A stretch of DNA of 62,171 nt, filler included. It is 5 parts of 5 records of this genome, joined end to end, with 100 filler letters (N's around TTAATTAATTAA, not from the genome) between each part and the next. Parts side by side here need not be neighbours in the genome. Positions count along the whole stretch, not along the records: positions 48,696 to 56,458 come from SRR2962707_1480; positions 56,559 to 62,171 come from SRR2962707_1520; 3 more parts are not named here. The stretch is one strand, 5' to 3'. The position numbers and the translations under genes are program-made. Shown in pieces: positions 48,863 to 59,967 of the stretch. Every line of letters starts with the position of its first letter. The first letter of the stretch is position 1. Below the pieces are notes generated by a model. That model ran no database searches, was not told the origin of the DNA, and saw nothing but the letters and a program-made list of their open reading frames with translations.

Positions 48863-51800
48863 TCAGTTGGCCGCCCCGTAGGTTCCGGTCTGCTCATCGG
48901 GTCGGTAGCCGTAGTCACGCGCCGCCCCTTCGGGCGTCACGAGGCCTGCTTCGAGGTCCCGCTCGATCGCCGCGCGGTCGCGCTCCCGGGGGGGTCCATA
49001 GCCGGCGCCGCCGGCCACGATGACCTCGACCGTCTCGCCGGTTCCGTCGATTTCCACCAATGCGCCGGTGCCGCAGTCGCGCACCACCGATCCGTCATCG
49101 CCAACGATGCGGGCTGCCGCCGGAATGCATGAGCCGCCTCCGAACAGGCCCGCGGCCGGATGCGTCACCCCTTCGGGGTAGAGCGTGCTCAGCATCGTGC
49201 TGCCCGCCGCATCGAGGCGCCGGTAACGGATCTTCTGGCCGAGGCCGCCGCGATATTTTCCCGGTCCGCCGGAATCCGCGACGAACGATTTTTCCAGGAT
49301 CAGGATCGGCACACGCGACTCGAACAGCTCGATCGACGTGTTCGAGGCCGACGTTGGCCACAGGAGCCCGCTCTTGCCGTCCGAACGGACGGATGCGCCC
49401 TGGCCGCCACCGGCGAACAGCACATCGGAGTAGGTGCTGCCGTCACCCGCATCTCCATAGATGTTGGAGGTGAACGGCAGTCCCGTCGCCGACAGCACGC
49501 GGTCGGGCGCGGCCGGCGCCAAAGCGGCAAGGATGTTCGGTGCTATGTACCAGCCGGTGCGGGTGCGCAAATTGACCGACGCCGGGTAGTCGGCGTTGAG
49601 GATGGAGCCTTTTGGGGCCGAAACCGTGATCGGCCTGTAACAGCCGGCGTTGGACCGCACCCCCGGCGTGAGCATGCATTTGATCGGATAGACGCCATGC
49701 GCGGCTGTGTAGCTCATTGTGCAGTTGATGCCGCCCTGGGCGATTTGCGGCGGCGCGCCATCGAAGTCGACGCTCATCTCGTCGCCGCGCACCTCTATGC
49801 GCACGGGAAACCGCATCGGCGTTCCGAACGGATTGTTCCACGTCTCCGATTCATAGACGCCGTCGGGCAGGTCGCTGATCGCCTTGCGCATGGCGGCTTC
49901 GGACTTGCCCTGAATCAGCTTCGCGAGCGGGCCGATGTCGGGCAGCCCGTAATCGTTCATGAACGCAATCAGGCGCTGCGCGCCGATCTCGTTTGCGCCG
50001 ACAAGCGAGCCCAGGTCGCCAAGCACCTGCTCCGACGTACGCACGTTCTTGGCAAGCAGCTTGAACAGCACGCGGTTGGGCTCGCCCGCCTCGTAAAGCT
50101 TCATGGGCGGGATCTGGAACCCTTCCTCATAGACCTCGCGCGCCTTCAGCCAGTCGCGCGTGCCGCCGATGTCGTTGACGTTGCCGACGGTGCCGGCAAG
50201 CGCGACCACCCGGCCTTCAAAGAAGATCGGCGTGACGATTGCGATGTCGAACAGGTGTCCCGCGCAGAGCCACGGATCGTTGGTGATCAGGACGTCGCCG
50301 GGCGCCAGGGTCTCGACCGGGAATTCCGCCAGCAGGGCTTTCACCGCACGCGGCAATGTAAGGTTGAAGACCGGCATGGCGCGCGGCGAGTGCACCAGCG
50401 TGTCACCGTTGATGTCCAGCAGGTCGCAAGCAAAGTCCTGCGCCTCCGATATCACCAGCGAGAATGCCGTGCGGCACACGGTGTGCCACATCTCCTCGGT
50501 CACCGAGACCAGACGGCTCCACATGATTTCGAGCGTGACGGGATCGGAATCGAGCCGCGCCATGATCTCGGCCTCGCCCGCGTGCGCCTGCAATCCGAGA
50601 TCCTTGCTCGTGTCGACCGCGACCTCGATGCGCAGGCTCAACTGATCGTCGACGACCAGGCTGCAGCCGGGCGGCACAATGGTGGTCGATTCCGTCTCTT
50701 CGACGATGGCCGGGCCTGAAACCTTCTCGCCCGGCGAAAGCTGGTAGCGGTCATATACCTTGGCCTCTACATAACCGCCCGCGAACCACGCCTTGCGCGA
50801 TCCCTTCAGCGCACCGTTACCCGCGGTCATCACCTGCGGACGCGGATCGACATCGGGCGCGGCAGCCGTGCACCGGACCCGCAGGTTGGTGATTTCGGCG
50901 TTCACCCCGTCGGGCATTGCGGAGAAAAGGCGGGTGTAGTCCTTCTCGAACGTCCCGAGGATTTCCGGCAGTGTCTGCTGGCCAATCCCATCGGGCGGCA
51001 ATTCCACCGTCACCTCATGCATCTGGCCGATGAGGCGAATGTCGGCAAAGCGGGTCGTCTTCACATCGCCCGGATCGACACCCATGGCCGTGATCTGGGC
51101 ACTGCTCGCCTGCCTGAGTTCCTCCAGAACCGCGTTCGCACCGGCAAAGTCCGACGACGCGCGCAGTCTCACATTGTGCGTACGCACGGTCTCGAAGTTC
51201 GGCGCAGCGACGAGGAAGCCGAGCGCCGACGCTGCACCTGAAGCAGGCGGCACGACGACTTCGCGCACGCCAAGTGCGCGCGCGACGTCGACCGCATGCG
51301 CGGGGCCAGCGCCGCCAAAGGCGATCATGGAATAGCTGCGCGGATCCTTGCCCCTTTCGACGATGTGGACCCGGGCCGCGGCCGCCATGTTCTCCACAAC
51401 GAGATCATGAATGCCCGCCGCGGCGGCCTCGACGCTCAGTCCCAGCCTGTCGGCCAGGCCCGCCACTGCGGAACGCGCGGCGGCGACGTCGATCTTCATG
51501 CGGCCACCAAGGAAGAAACCGGGATCATAATATCCCAGCAGCAGGTTGGCGTCGGTGACGGTGGGTTCGGTTCCGCCTGCTCCATAGCATGCCGGCCCGG
51601 GAGACGATCCCGCCGATCGCGGACCGACCTTGAGAAGCCCGACCTTGTCGACCTCGGCGATGGAACCGCCACCTGCACCGATCTCGATCAGATCGATCAC
51701 AGGCGTGCGGATGGGCAGACCCGAGCCTTTGGTGAATCGGTTCACACGCGCGGCTTCTAGCTCGCTGGCGACGGCCACCTCACCGTCTTCCACAAGGCAC

Positions 51801-52777
51801 GCCTTGGCCGTTGTGCCGCCCATGTCGAATGAAAGAAGATCCTTGCGCCCGGACTTGGCTCCGAACATCGCCGAAGCCAGACCGCCGCCGGCAGGGCCGG
51901 ATTCCAGCAACCTGACCGGATTCTGGCGCGCCGCCTCGAGCGACATCAGGCCGCCGGCCGAATGCATCATGCGCAATTCGCCGCGAAAGCCGCGCGCCCT
52001 CAACTCGCGCTCCAGCGCGACAAGGTGTCGGTCGATGAGCGGCATCACATATGCATTGGCGCAGGTGGTCACCGTGCGCTGGTATTCCCACATCTCGGCG
52101 ACAACTTCGCTCGACAGCGACACGAACAGGTCGGGGAATTGCTCGCGCACGATCTGCCCCACAAGCTGTTCGTGGGCCGCATTCGCATAGGAGTGCAGCA
52201 GGCACACGGCCACCGCTTCCACGCCGGCGGCCTGCAGGACACGCAGCTGCTCGCTGATCTGGCCCGGGTCGGGCGCGCGCACGACATTGCCGCTCCTGTC
52301 CAGCCTCTCGGAAACCTCGAGCCTGAGCGCGCGCGGCACCAGCGGCTCGGGAAAGCTGAGGAACAGGTCGTAGATGTCGTAACGCTGCTCCCTGCCGGCT
52401 TCCAGAGCGTCCCGGAACCCCTCCGTCGTTAGCAAACCAAGCTTTGCGCCCTTGCGCTCGACGAGCGCGTTGGTGACGAGCGTCGTGCCGTGGAGGATTT
52501 CGGTTACATCCGCGAAAGATACGCCAGCGCCATCCAGCAGTTCGCCGAGCCCTTCGAGGGCAGCCACCGCAGGATTCGGATACGAGGTGAGCACCTTGTG
52601 GAGGCGCACCGGGTTGGCTTCATCAGCGAGCACGAAGTCCGTGAAAGTGCCGCCAATATCGAAACCAATCCGCACTGCCCTACCCGCCAATTCGTTCAGC
52701 CTGCCCGTGAGAGAGCGTCGCCGCGAATGTTCGTATAATGGACGCTCGTTCGCAGATAAACATGCTCTCTCGAGCAT
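48863..52777 (-). CDS. Fused hydantoinase A+B / 5-oxoprolinase-family ATP-dependent amidohydrolase
   Basis: DIGGTFTD, HGTTLVTN, ESGPAGG, DMGGTT, IGAGGGS in A half; TAFS..ISEAQDF, TNDPW..GHLFD, DSGGPGKYRGG, GGAGYG in B half. True start is probably about 80-90 nt downstream of 52777. Confidence 0.9.
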   Translation of the reverse strand: MLERACLSANERPLYEHSRRRSLTGRLNELAGRAVRIGFDIGGTFTDFVLADEANPVRLHKVLTSYPNPAVAALEGLGELLDGAGVSFADVTEILHGTTLVTNALVERKGAKLGLLTTEGFRDALEAGREQRYDIYDLFLSFPEPLVPRALRLEVSERLDRSGNVVRAPDPGQISEQLRVLQAAGVEAVAVCLLHSYANAAHEQLVGQIVREQFPDLFVSLSSEVVAEMWEYQRTVTTCANAYVMPLIDRHLVALERELRARGFRGELRMMHSAGGLMSLEAARQNPVRLLESGPAGGGLASAMFGAKSGRKDLLSFDMGGTTAKACLVEDGEVAVASELEAARVNRFTKGSGLPIRTPVIDLIEIGAGGGSIAEVDKVGLLKVGPRSAGSSPGPACYGAGGTEPTVTDANLLLGYYDPGFFLGGRMKIDVAAARSAVAGLADRLGLSVEAAAAGIHDLVVENMAAAARVHIVERGKDPRSYSMIAFGGAGPAHAVDVARALGVREVVVPPASGAASALGFLVAAPNFETVRTHNVRLRASSDFAGANAVLEELRQASSAQITAMGVDPGDVKTTRFADIRLIGQMHEVTVELPPDGIGQQTLPEILGTFEKDYTRLFSAMPDGVNAEITNLRVRCTAAAPDVDPRPQVMTAGNGALKGSRKAWFAGGYVEAKVYDRYQLSPGEKVSGPAIVEETESTTIVPPGCSLVVDDQLSLRIEVAVDTSKDLGLQAHAGEAEIMARLDSDPVTLEIMWSRLVSVTEEMWHTVCRTAFSLVISEAQDFACDLLDINGDTLVHSPRAMPVFNLTLPRAVKALLAEFPVETLAPGDVLITNDPWLCAGHLFDIAIVTPIFFEGRVVALAGTVGNVNDIGGTRDWLKAREVYEEGFQIPPMKLYEAGEPNRVLFKLLAKNVRTSEQVLGDLGSLVGANEIGAQRLIAFMNDYGLPDIGPLAKLIQGKSEAAMRKAISDLPDGVYESETWNNPFGTPMRFPVRIEVRGDEMSVDFDGAPPQIAQGGINCTMSYTAAHGVYPIKCMLTPGVRSNAGCYRPITVSAPKGSILNADYPASVNLRTRTGWYIAPNILAALAPAAPDRVLSATGLPFTSNIYGDAGDGSTYSDVLFAGGGQGASVRSDGKSGLLWPTSASNTSIELFESRVPILILEKSFVADSGGPGKYRGGLGQKIRYRRLDAAGSTMLSTLYPEGVTHPAAGLFGGGSCIPAAARIVGDDGSVVRDCGTGALVEIDGTGETVEVIVAGGAGYGPPRERDRAAIERDLEAGLVTPEGAARDYGYRPDEQTGTYGAAN

Positions 52778-53045
52778 TGCAAGCCTCTAATGTACCGCGG
52801 ACACACGGGGCTTCAGGACATCTCGTTCAGTGCGGCATGCATGCATGCGGAATTAGATTTATTCTGTTTTTACAATGGTTTATGTGTTGTTCTCCGTTTG
52901 CGTCCTTCCGCTTGGGAACCCGGCCAGCTCACATCAGGCGCGTCGTAGTTCGACGAAATTCCTCCCCAAAGCGATTGTTCAGAATGCGAACTAAATGCTG
53001 TGTTCCGAACAAAATCTTGACACGCGGCATGGCGCTTTCATAAGA
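52729..53045. promoter_or_regulatory. Divergent promoter region with two IclR-like boxes
   Basis: GTTCG-TATAA-TGGAC (52729-52743), GTTCA-GAATG-CGAAC (52977-52991), TTGACA at 53017-53022. Confidence 0.45.
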
Positions 53046-53134
53046 CCGCCATCGAGGCAGACGACGGCAATGCGGGATGGCCAGGCCAGAAATCCGTGCC
53101 GGCAGGTTTGATCGTCGGCGATGGAGAGCAGCAG

Positions 53135-55159
53135 ATGGCAACACGTATCGGGGTCGATATCGGCGGAACATTCACCGATCTCGTCTTCTTCGATGAGGAC
53201 ACGGGGCAGACCAGGGAGGGCAAGCTACCAACCGTCCCCTCGGCGCCGGAGCAGGGGGTTTTGCAGGCAGTCCGAGAGTTCGTTCCGCCTGAGATCATCG
53301 CGAAGGCGGCATATTTCCTTCACGGGACGACGGTCGGCCTCAACGCGCTTCTGGAGCGGCGTGGCGCCAAGGTCGGCATGGTCTGCACCAGGGGATTCCG
53401 CGACGTCCTGGAAATCCGGCGCGGCGATCGCGCCGAGATGTACAATTTGTTCTGGCAGCAGCCTGAGCCATTGGTCCCGCGCTATCTGCGCCTTGAGCTC
53501 GACGGCCGTATCCTGTTCGACGGCAGCGAGCACCGCCCGCTCGACGAAGCGACGGTTCCGTCTCTGGTGGAACGATTCAACGCCGAGGGCGTCGACAGCC
53601 TGGCGATCTGTTTCATGAACGCATACGCCAACCCGGCGCATGAATTGCGCGCGGCCGAACTTCTGCGCGAGCATGGCTTCAAGGGCGACATCTCCCTGTC
53701 GCACCAGGTGTCGCGTGAATACCGGGAGTATGAGCGCTTCTCCACGACGGCAATCGATGCATTCGTACGCACGCGCATGTCGAGCTACCTGCAGCGGCTT
53801 GAAGGAGGGCTCGGCGAGCTTGGCTTCACCGGACGCTGCCTCATAACGCGGTCAGGCTCGGGCTCGATGACCTTTGCCGAAGCCGGCGAACGCCCGTTCG
53901 AGACGATCATGTCGGGTCCGGTCGGCGGTGCCCAGGGCGGATCGGAGATCGCGCGCTCGCTCGGCATAGACGCGCTGATCACCGCGGATGTGGGCGGCAC
54001 AAGCTTTGACACCGCTCTCATCCTCGGCGGCAACGCGCAAATACTCTTCGAGGGCGAGGTGGCGGGAATGCCGGTACAGACCGCCTGGGTGGACGTGCGG
54101 TCCATCGGCTCCGGCGGCGGCTCCGTCGCCTACAAGGACATCGGCGGCCTGCTGCGTGTCGGACCCCGCAGTTCAGGCGCTGTCCCCGGCCCTGCCTGTT
54201 ATGGAAAGGGCGGCACGGAACCGACGACGACCGATGCTGCCGCGCATCTCGGCATGCTCGGCCCGGGCAAACTCGCTTCCGGGATCCAGCTCGACTTCGC
54301 CGCTTCTGAAAAGGCCATCGGCGCGGTGGGCGGACAGATCGGCAAGTCCGTTGTCGAGACCGCTGTCGGCATCATGAGGATCGCAACCTCGAGCATGGCC
54401 AACGCCATGCGCGAGATCACGGTGGAACAGGGTCTCGATCCCCGAAGCATGGCGCTGCTTCCCTTCGGCGGTGCCGGACCCATGTTCGCCACGCTGCTGG
54501 CCGACGAACTGCAGGTCGGCAAAATCGTCGTGCCGCCGCTCGCCGGCAACTTCTCGGCCTGGGGCCTTCTGGGGGCCGACATGGTCCAGACAGCCGCGCT
54601 GACGCGCATTCTGCCGCTCAATGACGAAAGCCTGGCCGAAATCGACAGCATACTCAGCGAACTGTTCAGCGAGCTGGACCGGCGCGGGGAAATCTCGGAC
54701 CCGGCGCTGGAGCGGCATGCCAATCTCGATATCCGTTACGTCGGACAGGAGCACGGCCCCTCGATTTCGGTGCCGCTCAAGGACGGCAAGCTCGCCGCTT
54801 CCGCCACCGAGATCATGTCCCTGTTCGAGCAGGACTACATGCGCACCTTCGGCAGCACGATGGAGTTCGATGCCGAGATCGTCGCCACTAGGGCCACAAA
54901 CCGGATTCCCCTGCCCCGCCGGGAGCATGCCACGCCGCCGGTACAGGCAGGCGACACGTCAACATGGTCTGCATATTCGTTCACCAGAGGCGAATACATG
55001 GACTTCGACGTCGTGGAGCGATCTTCGATCACCGACCAGATGTCGGGACCGGCGATCATTACCGAAAGCACCGCAACCCTTTATGTCGACGCGGACTGGG
55101 TCGTCCGCGCCGGATCGAAGGGCGAATTGATCCTGACGCGTGGAGCAGCCCAGAAATGA
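53135..55159 (+). CDS. Hydantoinase/oxoprolinase family subunit A
   Basis: DIGGTFTD, HGTTVGLN, REYER, SGPVGG, DVGGTS, IGSGGGS; ATG 53135 after GGAG. Confidence 0.92.
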   Translation: MATRIGVDIGGTFTDLVFFDEDTGQTREGKLPTVPSAPEQGVLQAVREFVPPEIIAKAAYFLHGTTVGLNALLERRGAKVGMVCTRGFRDVLEIRRGDRAEMYNLFWQQPEPLVPRYLRLELDGRILFDGSEHRPLDEATVPSLVERFNAEGVDSLAICFMNAYANPAHELRAAELLREHGFKGDISLSHQVSREYREYERFSTTAIDAFVRTRMSSYLQRLEGGLGELGFTGRCLITRSGSGSMTFAEAGERPFETIMSGPVGGAQGGSEIARSLGIDALITADVGGTSFDTALILGGNAQILFEGEVAGMPVQTAWVDVRSIGSGGGSVAYKDIGGLLRVGPRSSGAVPGPACYGKGGTEPTTTDAAAHLGMLGPGKLASGIQLDFAASEKAIGAVGGQIGKSVVETAVGIMRIATSSMANAMREITVEQGLDPRSMALLPFGGAGPMFATLLADELQVGKIVVPPLAGNFSAWGLLGADMVQTAALTRILPLNDESLAEIDSILSELFSELDRRGEISDPALERHANLDIRYVGQEHGPSISVPLKDGKLAASATEIMSLFEQDYMRTFGSTMEFDAEIVATRATNRIPLPRREHATPPVQAGDTSTWSAYSFTRGEYMDFDVVERSSITDQMSGPAIITESTATLYVDADWVVRAGSKGELILTRGAAQK

Positions 55160-56458
55160 AGACCTACGAACCGATCATTCACAAGGCTGCTTCCGGCGCG
55201 GGCAAGGAAACCCATGCCGATCCGATCACCACAGAGGTGGTGCGTCACGCGCTGAATTCCGCCGCGAACCAGATGAAGCATGCCCTCATGCGGACCGCCT
55301 TCTCGCCGGTGATCTACGAAGTGCTCGACTTCGCGGTCGCCCTCTACGACAAGGATGTTCGCCTGCTTGCCCAGGCGCCCAGCCTGCCGATGTTCATGGG
55401 CACGCTCGACTTCTGTATCCGCGAAGCGGTTGCGAATGTCGGCGGCGTGGAGGCTCTCGAACCCGGCGACGTGCTTCTCTACAACTGGCCCTACGGCACC
55501 GGATCGCATCCCCAGGATGTCGCCATGGTCATGCCCGTCTTCGATGAAGAGGCGGGACTGATCGGCTACACCGCCATCAAGGGTCACTGGCTCGATATCG
55601 GGGCGAAGGACGTCTATTGCACCGACACCGTCGATGTATTCCAGGAAGGAACCGTCTTCCCGGGCGTAAAGCTGTGTGCGCGCGGTGAAATCGTGCGCGA
55701 CATCTACAGGATGGTTGTCGCCAACTCGCGCATTCCCAAGATGGTCGAAGGCGACATGAACGCGACGATCGTCGCCATACGCGCCGGCGGCATTGCACTC
55801 AAGCAGGTATTCCAGCGCTTCGGGCCCGAAACATTCTGGCCCTGCATCGAGGAGATGTACAACCATGGCGAACGCGTCGTCCGGCAATATTTCGAATCCA
55901 TCCCCGACGGCACATATGTCGGCCAGGGCGTCCTCGACAACAATGGCGTCGAGGACCATCCCATCCCGTTCGAAGTCACTCTCACAGTCGAGGGATCGCA
56001 GGTCACGCTCGACTATTCCAACTCGCCGCCGGCCCAGGGCGGCCCGATCAACTGCCCGGTCCCGTCGACCCTGTCGGCAAGCCGTGTCGCGATCTCGATG
56101 CTGGCCGGGTTCGGCGAGCCTCCCAACGAGGGCATGTTCCGCGCGCTGACGGTCATCACCCGGCCTAACACGCTGTTTCATCCGCTGCCGCCCGCCCCCT
56201 GCTATCTCTATGGATGGCCGGCGCTGCAGGCGATCGAGGTGATCTACAACGCGGTCTCCAAGGCGGTTCCGGACGCGGTCCCGGCCAGCAGCGGCGGCTG
56301 TATCCTGGGTATTTCCTATTCGGGCTGGCGCGAAGGCACGGAGGAGCCGTGGGCAGACGGCGCTCCGCATCCCGTGGGCCAGGGCGCATGGAATGGCGGC
56401 GACGGCGGCACGATGCTGCACATCGCTGAATCCGCCACGCGCTTCACGCCACTGGAAG
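55156..56458 (+). CDS. Hydantoinase B/oxoprolinase family subunit B, 3'-truncated
   Basis: DPITTEVV, RTAFSPVIYEVLDF, GSHPQD, HWLDIG, FQEG; ATGA overlap with subunit A. Confidence 0.92.
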
Positions 56459-56558
56459 NNNNNNNNNNNNNNNNNNNNNNNNNNNNNNNNNNNNNNNNNN
56501 NNTTAATTAATTAANNNNNNNNNNNNNNNNNNNNNNNNNNNNNNNNNNNNNNNNNNNN
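56459..56558. other. Artificial contig linker
   Basis: 44 N + TTAATTAATTAA + 44 N. Confidence 0.99.
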
Positions 56559-56762
56559 CAGCGGCTTCGCAGTTCGGTTTGAGGGAAACGGTGAGGCAAA
56601 CGGTCCATGACTCGCCATTCCCGGCCCGCTCGTGAGCCGGATCAAGAAATCTCATGGTTTTGCATTTTTAACGGCTTGCCCACTAGTCGCCGCGGCCATG
56701 CACTCTATATGCTGAAGCTTCGTTGTTCAGATCAGAACGCAGGTCCATACCAAGGAGGCGTC

Positions 56763-57032
56763 ATGAACCAGTCAGCGGAAACCGAAGCCCTGAAAAAAGA
56801 CCTTGAGCAATTGCGCCGGGACTTCAAGGCCCTGGCCGACGCGGTCAAGCATTCCACTCAGGAACGCGCCCAGGAGCATCTCAACAGCGCCCGGGAAACC
56901 TTCGAAGGTGCGCGCCAAAGCGCCTCCCGGCAAGCGGAGCACTTGGGGGAGGAGATCAAGGCCCGCCCTTTTACCAGCGTGCTCACGGCATTCGGCGTGG
57001 GCCTGCTGCTCGGCAAACTGCTCGGCCGTTGA
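56763..57032 (+). CDS. DUF883 / ElaB-YqjD family membrane-anchored protein
   Basis: GGAGG RBS; coiled N-terminus and C-terminal RPFTSVLTAFGVGLLLGKLL anchor. Confidence 0.85.
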   Translation: MNQSAETEALKKDLEQLRRDFKALADAVKHSTQERAQEHLNSARETFEGARQSASRQAEHLGEEIKARPFTSVLTAFGVGLLLGKLLGR

Positions 57033-57514
57033 GTGTGAAACTGCGCGGCATGCTGGCCGGGCTGTTCAGTCTTAATGCGATGATCTGGCTGATCATGCTG
57101 ATCAGCCTGGCGGCCTTACTGAGCCTGACGGCGGCGGCCTGGATCGCGCTGACACCGCCGCTGGGCGCGGCGCTGGCCGCGCTGATCAGCGGCGCCGGTC
57201 TGCTGGTGGTGGCCGCCGCCCTCGGCTACGGCCTGGTTCGCGCCAACCGCGCCGGTCCAGCCCAAGACGACACACCGCCACCGGCGCCGAGCCCGACGGA
57301 AAGCGTCCTGGAGTCCGGTCTGCGTCCGTTGGTGGGCGATCAGACTCTGGCGTGGGCGCGCCGCAATAGCGGTCTGCTGATGATCGGTGCCTTCGCCGCC
57401 GGCGTGGCGATTGCCGCCAGCCCCACTTTGCGCCGCGCGCTGACCCAGGTCGCCGGCCCCGTGGTGACACGCAAGGCCGTGGACACCTGGCGGGCCTTCA
57501 ATCAGCAAGACTGA
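57029..57514 (+). CDS. Hypothetical membrane protein coupled to DUF883 gene
   Basis: Two N-terminal TM helices plus a C-terminal hydrophobic segment; overlaps upstream stop. Confidence 0.7.
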   Translation: MSVKLRGMLAGLFSLNAMIWLIMLISLAALLSLTAAAWIALTPPLGAALAALISGAGLLVVAAALGYGLVRANRAGPAQDDTPPPAPSPTESVLESGLRPLVGDQTLAWARRNSGLLMIGAFAAGVAIAASPTLRRALTQVAGPVVTRKAVDTWRAFNQQD

Positions 57515-57675
57515 CCCACGGCGCCGCTTCCTTGCGGGTTGGCGCCGACTCCCTTCCTGCATTAGCCTGTCTAAGCCTAATCCCTAGAAAACATCGCTTT
57601 TCATTAAGCAGAGCTGGTGCAATGGTACTGCTCACCGAGGGCGTCCCGGCCCGTTTTCAGAAAGGAGCAGAGCCG

Positions 57676-58137
57676 ATGTCAGAACATCACGCCGCCATTG
57701 CCTGGACCCGCGCCGACCACCCGGACGGCAACGGAAGCTACTCCCGCAACCATCTGGCCACCCTCAATGGCGGTCAGACCGTGCAAGTCTCCGCCGCGGT
57801 GGATTATCAAGGGGACGGCAACTGCGCCGACCCGGAGCAACTGCTGGTGACCTCGGTGTCCAGTTGCTACATGCTGTTCTTCCTGGCCATCGCCGACGTC
57901 AAGGGCTACCGAGTGGAGAGCTACAAGGACACACCGGTGGGCTTTCTGGAAAAGAACGAGGAAGGCCGGCTGGCGGTGACCCGGGTGGAATTGCAACCCA
58001 CCATTGAGTTCGCCGACGGCCAGACACCGGAACCGGCCGAGCTGCAACGCCTGCATGCCGGCGCTCACCGTAATTGCTTCATCGGCAATTCGCTGAAGAC
58101 CAAGGTGCGCCTGCGTACCCAGTCCGCGGCGGCCTGA
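57676..58137 (+). CDS. OsmC/Ohr family protein
   Basis: YSRNH, DPEQLL..VSSCYML, AHRNCFIGNS (two Cys); AAGGAG RBS. Confidence 0.9.
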   Translation: MSEHHAAIAWTRADHPDGNGSYSRNHLATLNGGQTVQVSAAVDYQGDGNCADPEQLLVTSVSSCYMLFFLAIADVKGYRVESYKDTPVGFLEKNEEGRLAVTRVELQPTIEFADGQTPEPAELQRLHAGAHRNCFIGNSLKTKVRLRTQSAAA

Positions 58138-58163
58138 GCGGATAACGCAAAACAAGGAGAATC

Positions 58164-58964
58164 GTGATGAGCGCGCAAGCCGATCTCAATGCCCCTCTGA
58201 TACTGCGAGAAGACCAGGATGGCCTGGTCACTTTGACCCTGAACCGGCCCCGCCACTACAACGCCTTGTCCGAGGAGATGCTGGCGGCGCTGAAAACCGA
58301 GCTGGACGCCCTGGCCACCGACGAGACCCTGCGCTGCGTGGTGTTGCGGGCGGCAGGTAAGGCGTTTTGCGCCGGCCATGACCTGCGTCAGATGTACTCT
58401 CATCTGGGCGAGGAGGATTATTACCGGCAACTGTTCGCCACCTGCAGCGGTGTAATGCAAAGCCTGCTGGCGGTACCGGTGCCGGTGATCGCGGTCATTC
58501 AAGGGGTGGCCACCGCCGCCGGCTGTCAGCTGGTGGCAAGTTGTGATCTGGCGGTGGCCACGGACAGCGCCCGCTTCGCCGTCTCCGGCATCAACGCCGG
58601 GCTATTCTGTTCCACGCCTTCGGTGGCGTTGTCACGTAATGTCTCGGCCAAGCGCGCCTTCGAAATGCTGGTGACCGCGCGCTTCATCGACGCCGCCACC
58701 GCCGCCGACTGGGGATTGATCAATCAAGCCGTGCCGGAAGCGGAACTGGGCGGCGCGGTAACCGCCCTGGCCACTTCGATCATGGAGAAAAGCCCGGCGG
58801 CGATCCGCCATGGCAAAGCCATGTTCTACCGGCAACGGCAACTGCCCCTGGACGAAGCCTATCGTTTTGCCGGAGAAGTGATGGCGCGGAACATGATGGA
58901 AGCGGACGCCGCCGAAGGTATCGACGCCTTCCTCAACAAACGGGCGGCACAATGGCAGCGCTAA
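58164..58964 (+). CDS. Enoyl-CoA hydratase/isomerase family protein
   Basis: FCAGHDL, ATAAGCQLVASCD, GLFCSTP. Confidence 0.92.
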   Translation: MMSAQADLNAPLILREDQDGLVTLTLNRPRHYNALSEEMLAALKTELDALATDETLRCVVLRAAGKAFCAGHDLRQMYSHLGEEDYYRQLFATCSGVMQSLLAVPVPVIAVIQGVATAAGCQLVASCDLAVATDSARFAVSGINAGLFCSTPSVALSRNVSAKRAFEMLVTARFIDAATAADWGLINQAVPEAELGGAVTALATSIMEKSPAAIRHGKAMFYRQRQLPLDEAYRFAGEVMARNMMEADAAEGIDAFLNKRAAQWQR

Positions 58965-58968
58965 GCGG

Positions 58969-59967
58969 ATGAACGAACACACCCGGTCCTCCTTGCCCGC
59001 CGGCTTCATGCGGCGCCTGCCGCCGCTGGCGGCGCTGGCCTATTTCGAAGTGGCGGCGCGCACCCGCAGCTTCGTCGGCGCCGCCAAGGAATTGAGCGTG
59101 ACCCCGGCGGCGGTGAGTCATCAGATCAAAGCCCTCGAGGAACAACTCGGGGTGGCGCTGTTCATTCGCCACCATCGCCGGGTCACGCCGACGGCGGCGG
59201 CGCTGAGCATCCTGCCCCGGTTACAGGACGGCTTCGCCGCGCTGGTCGATGCCGTCGATGAACTGCGCAGCCAGGGTGAAGCCAAGGACGTCATCACGGT
59301 GTGCGCCGAGCCGTTGTTCGCCACCAAATGGCTGGTGCCACGTCTGCACCGCTTCTATGCCCGCCACCCGGAGGCGGAAGTGCGTCTGCAGGCCAGCCTG
59401 CATTCCGTGGACACCGCCCCCGGAGGACCAGTCACGGCTTCCGCCTTCTCCCGCGCCGGCATCGATCTGGCGATCCGCTTTGGTTATGGCGAGTACCCGG
59501 ACATGGACAGTTCACTGCTGCTGGAAGTGGCGCTGGAGCCGGTGGTCGCTTCCGCGACGGGCCGGAGCACCATCGCCGAGGTGCTCGATGAGGGCGCCCT
59601 GCTCACCGACAATACCGCCGGCCGTTCCAATGAGCGATTCGGCTGGCGCGAATGGTGTGAAGCAGCCGGAAAACCTTTTCCCGCCGATGCCCGCGAGCAC
59701 CATTTCGGCAACGGCTTGCTGGCACTGGAAGCCACCCTCACCGGCCAGGGCGCCTGGCTGGTCTGCCCGGAGCTGGTGGAGACGGAGCTGGCCGCCGGCA
59801 CCCTGCGGCGGTTAAGTGAAGTGGCACTGCCCTGCCGGTTCCACTATTTCATCGTCAGCCCGGAGCGTGCCTCCCCTCGCGCCATCGTCACCGACTTCCG
59901 CGACTGGCTGCTGGATGAACGCCGCCTGGCCAGCGGGCAGGAACCCGAAACCGCCGTGCCCGGCTAG
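58969..59967 (+). CDS. LysR family regulator (GcvA-like)
   Basis: [35 protein letters not shown]. Confidence 0.92.
   Translation: MNEHTRSSLPAGFMRRLPPLAALAYFEVAARTRSFVGAAKELSVTPAAVSHQIKALEEQLGVALFIRHHRRVTPTAAALSILPRLQDGFAALVDAVDELRSQGEAKDVITVCAEPLFATKWLVPRLHRFYARHPEAEVRLQASLHSVDTAPGGPVTASAFSRAGIDLAIRFGYGEYPDMDSSLLLEVALEPVVASATGRSTIAEVLDEGALLTDNTAGRSNERFGWREWCEAAGKPFPADAREHHFGNGLLALEATLTGQGAWLVCPELVETELAAGTLRRLSEVALPCRFHYFIVSPERASPRAIVTDFRDWLLDERRLASGQEPETAVPG

Noticed and set aside
49160-50719. 519-aa plus-strand ORF (likewise 55081-56421, 35766-36875, 33433-34557)
   Set aside because: Antisense shadows of well-supported genes.
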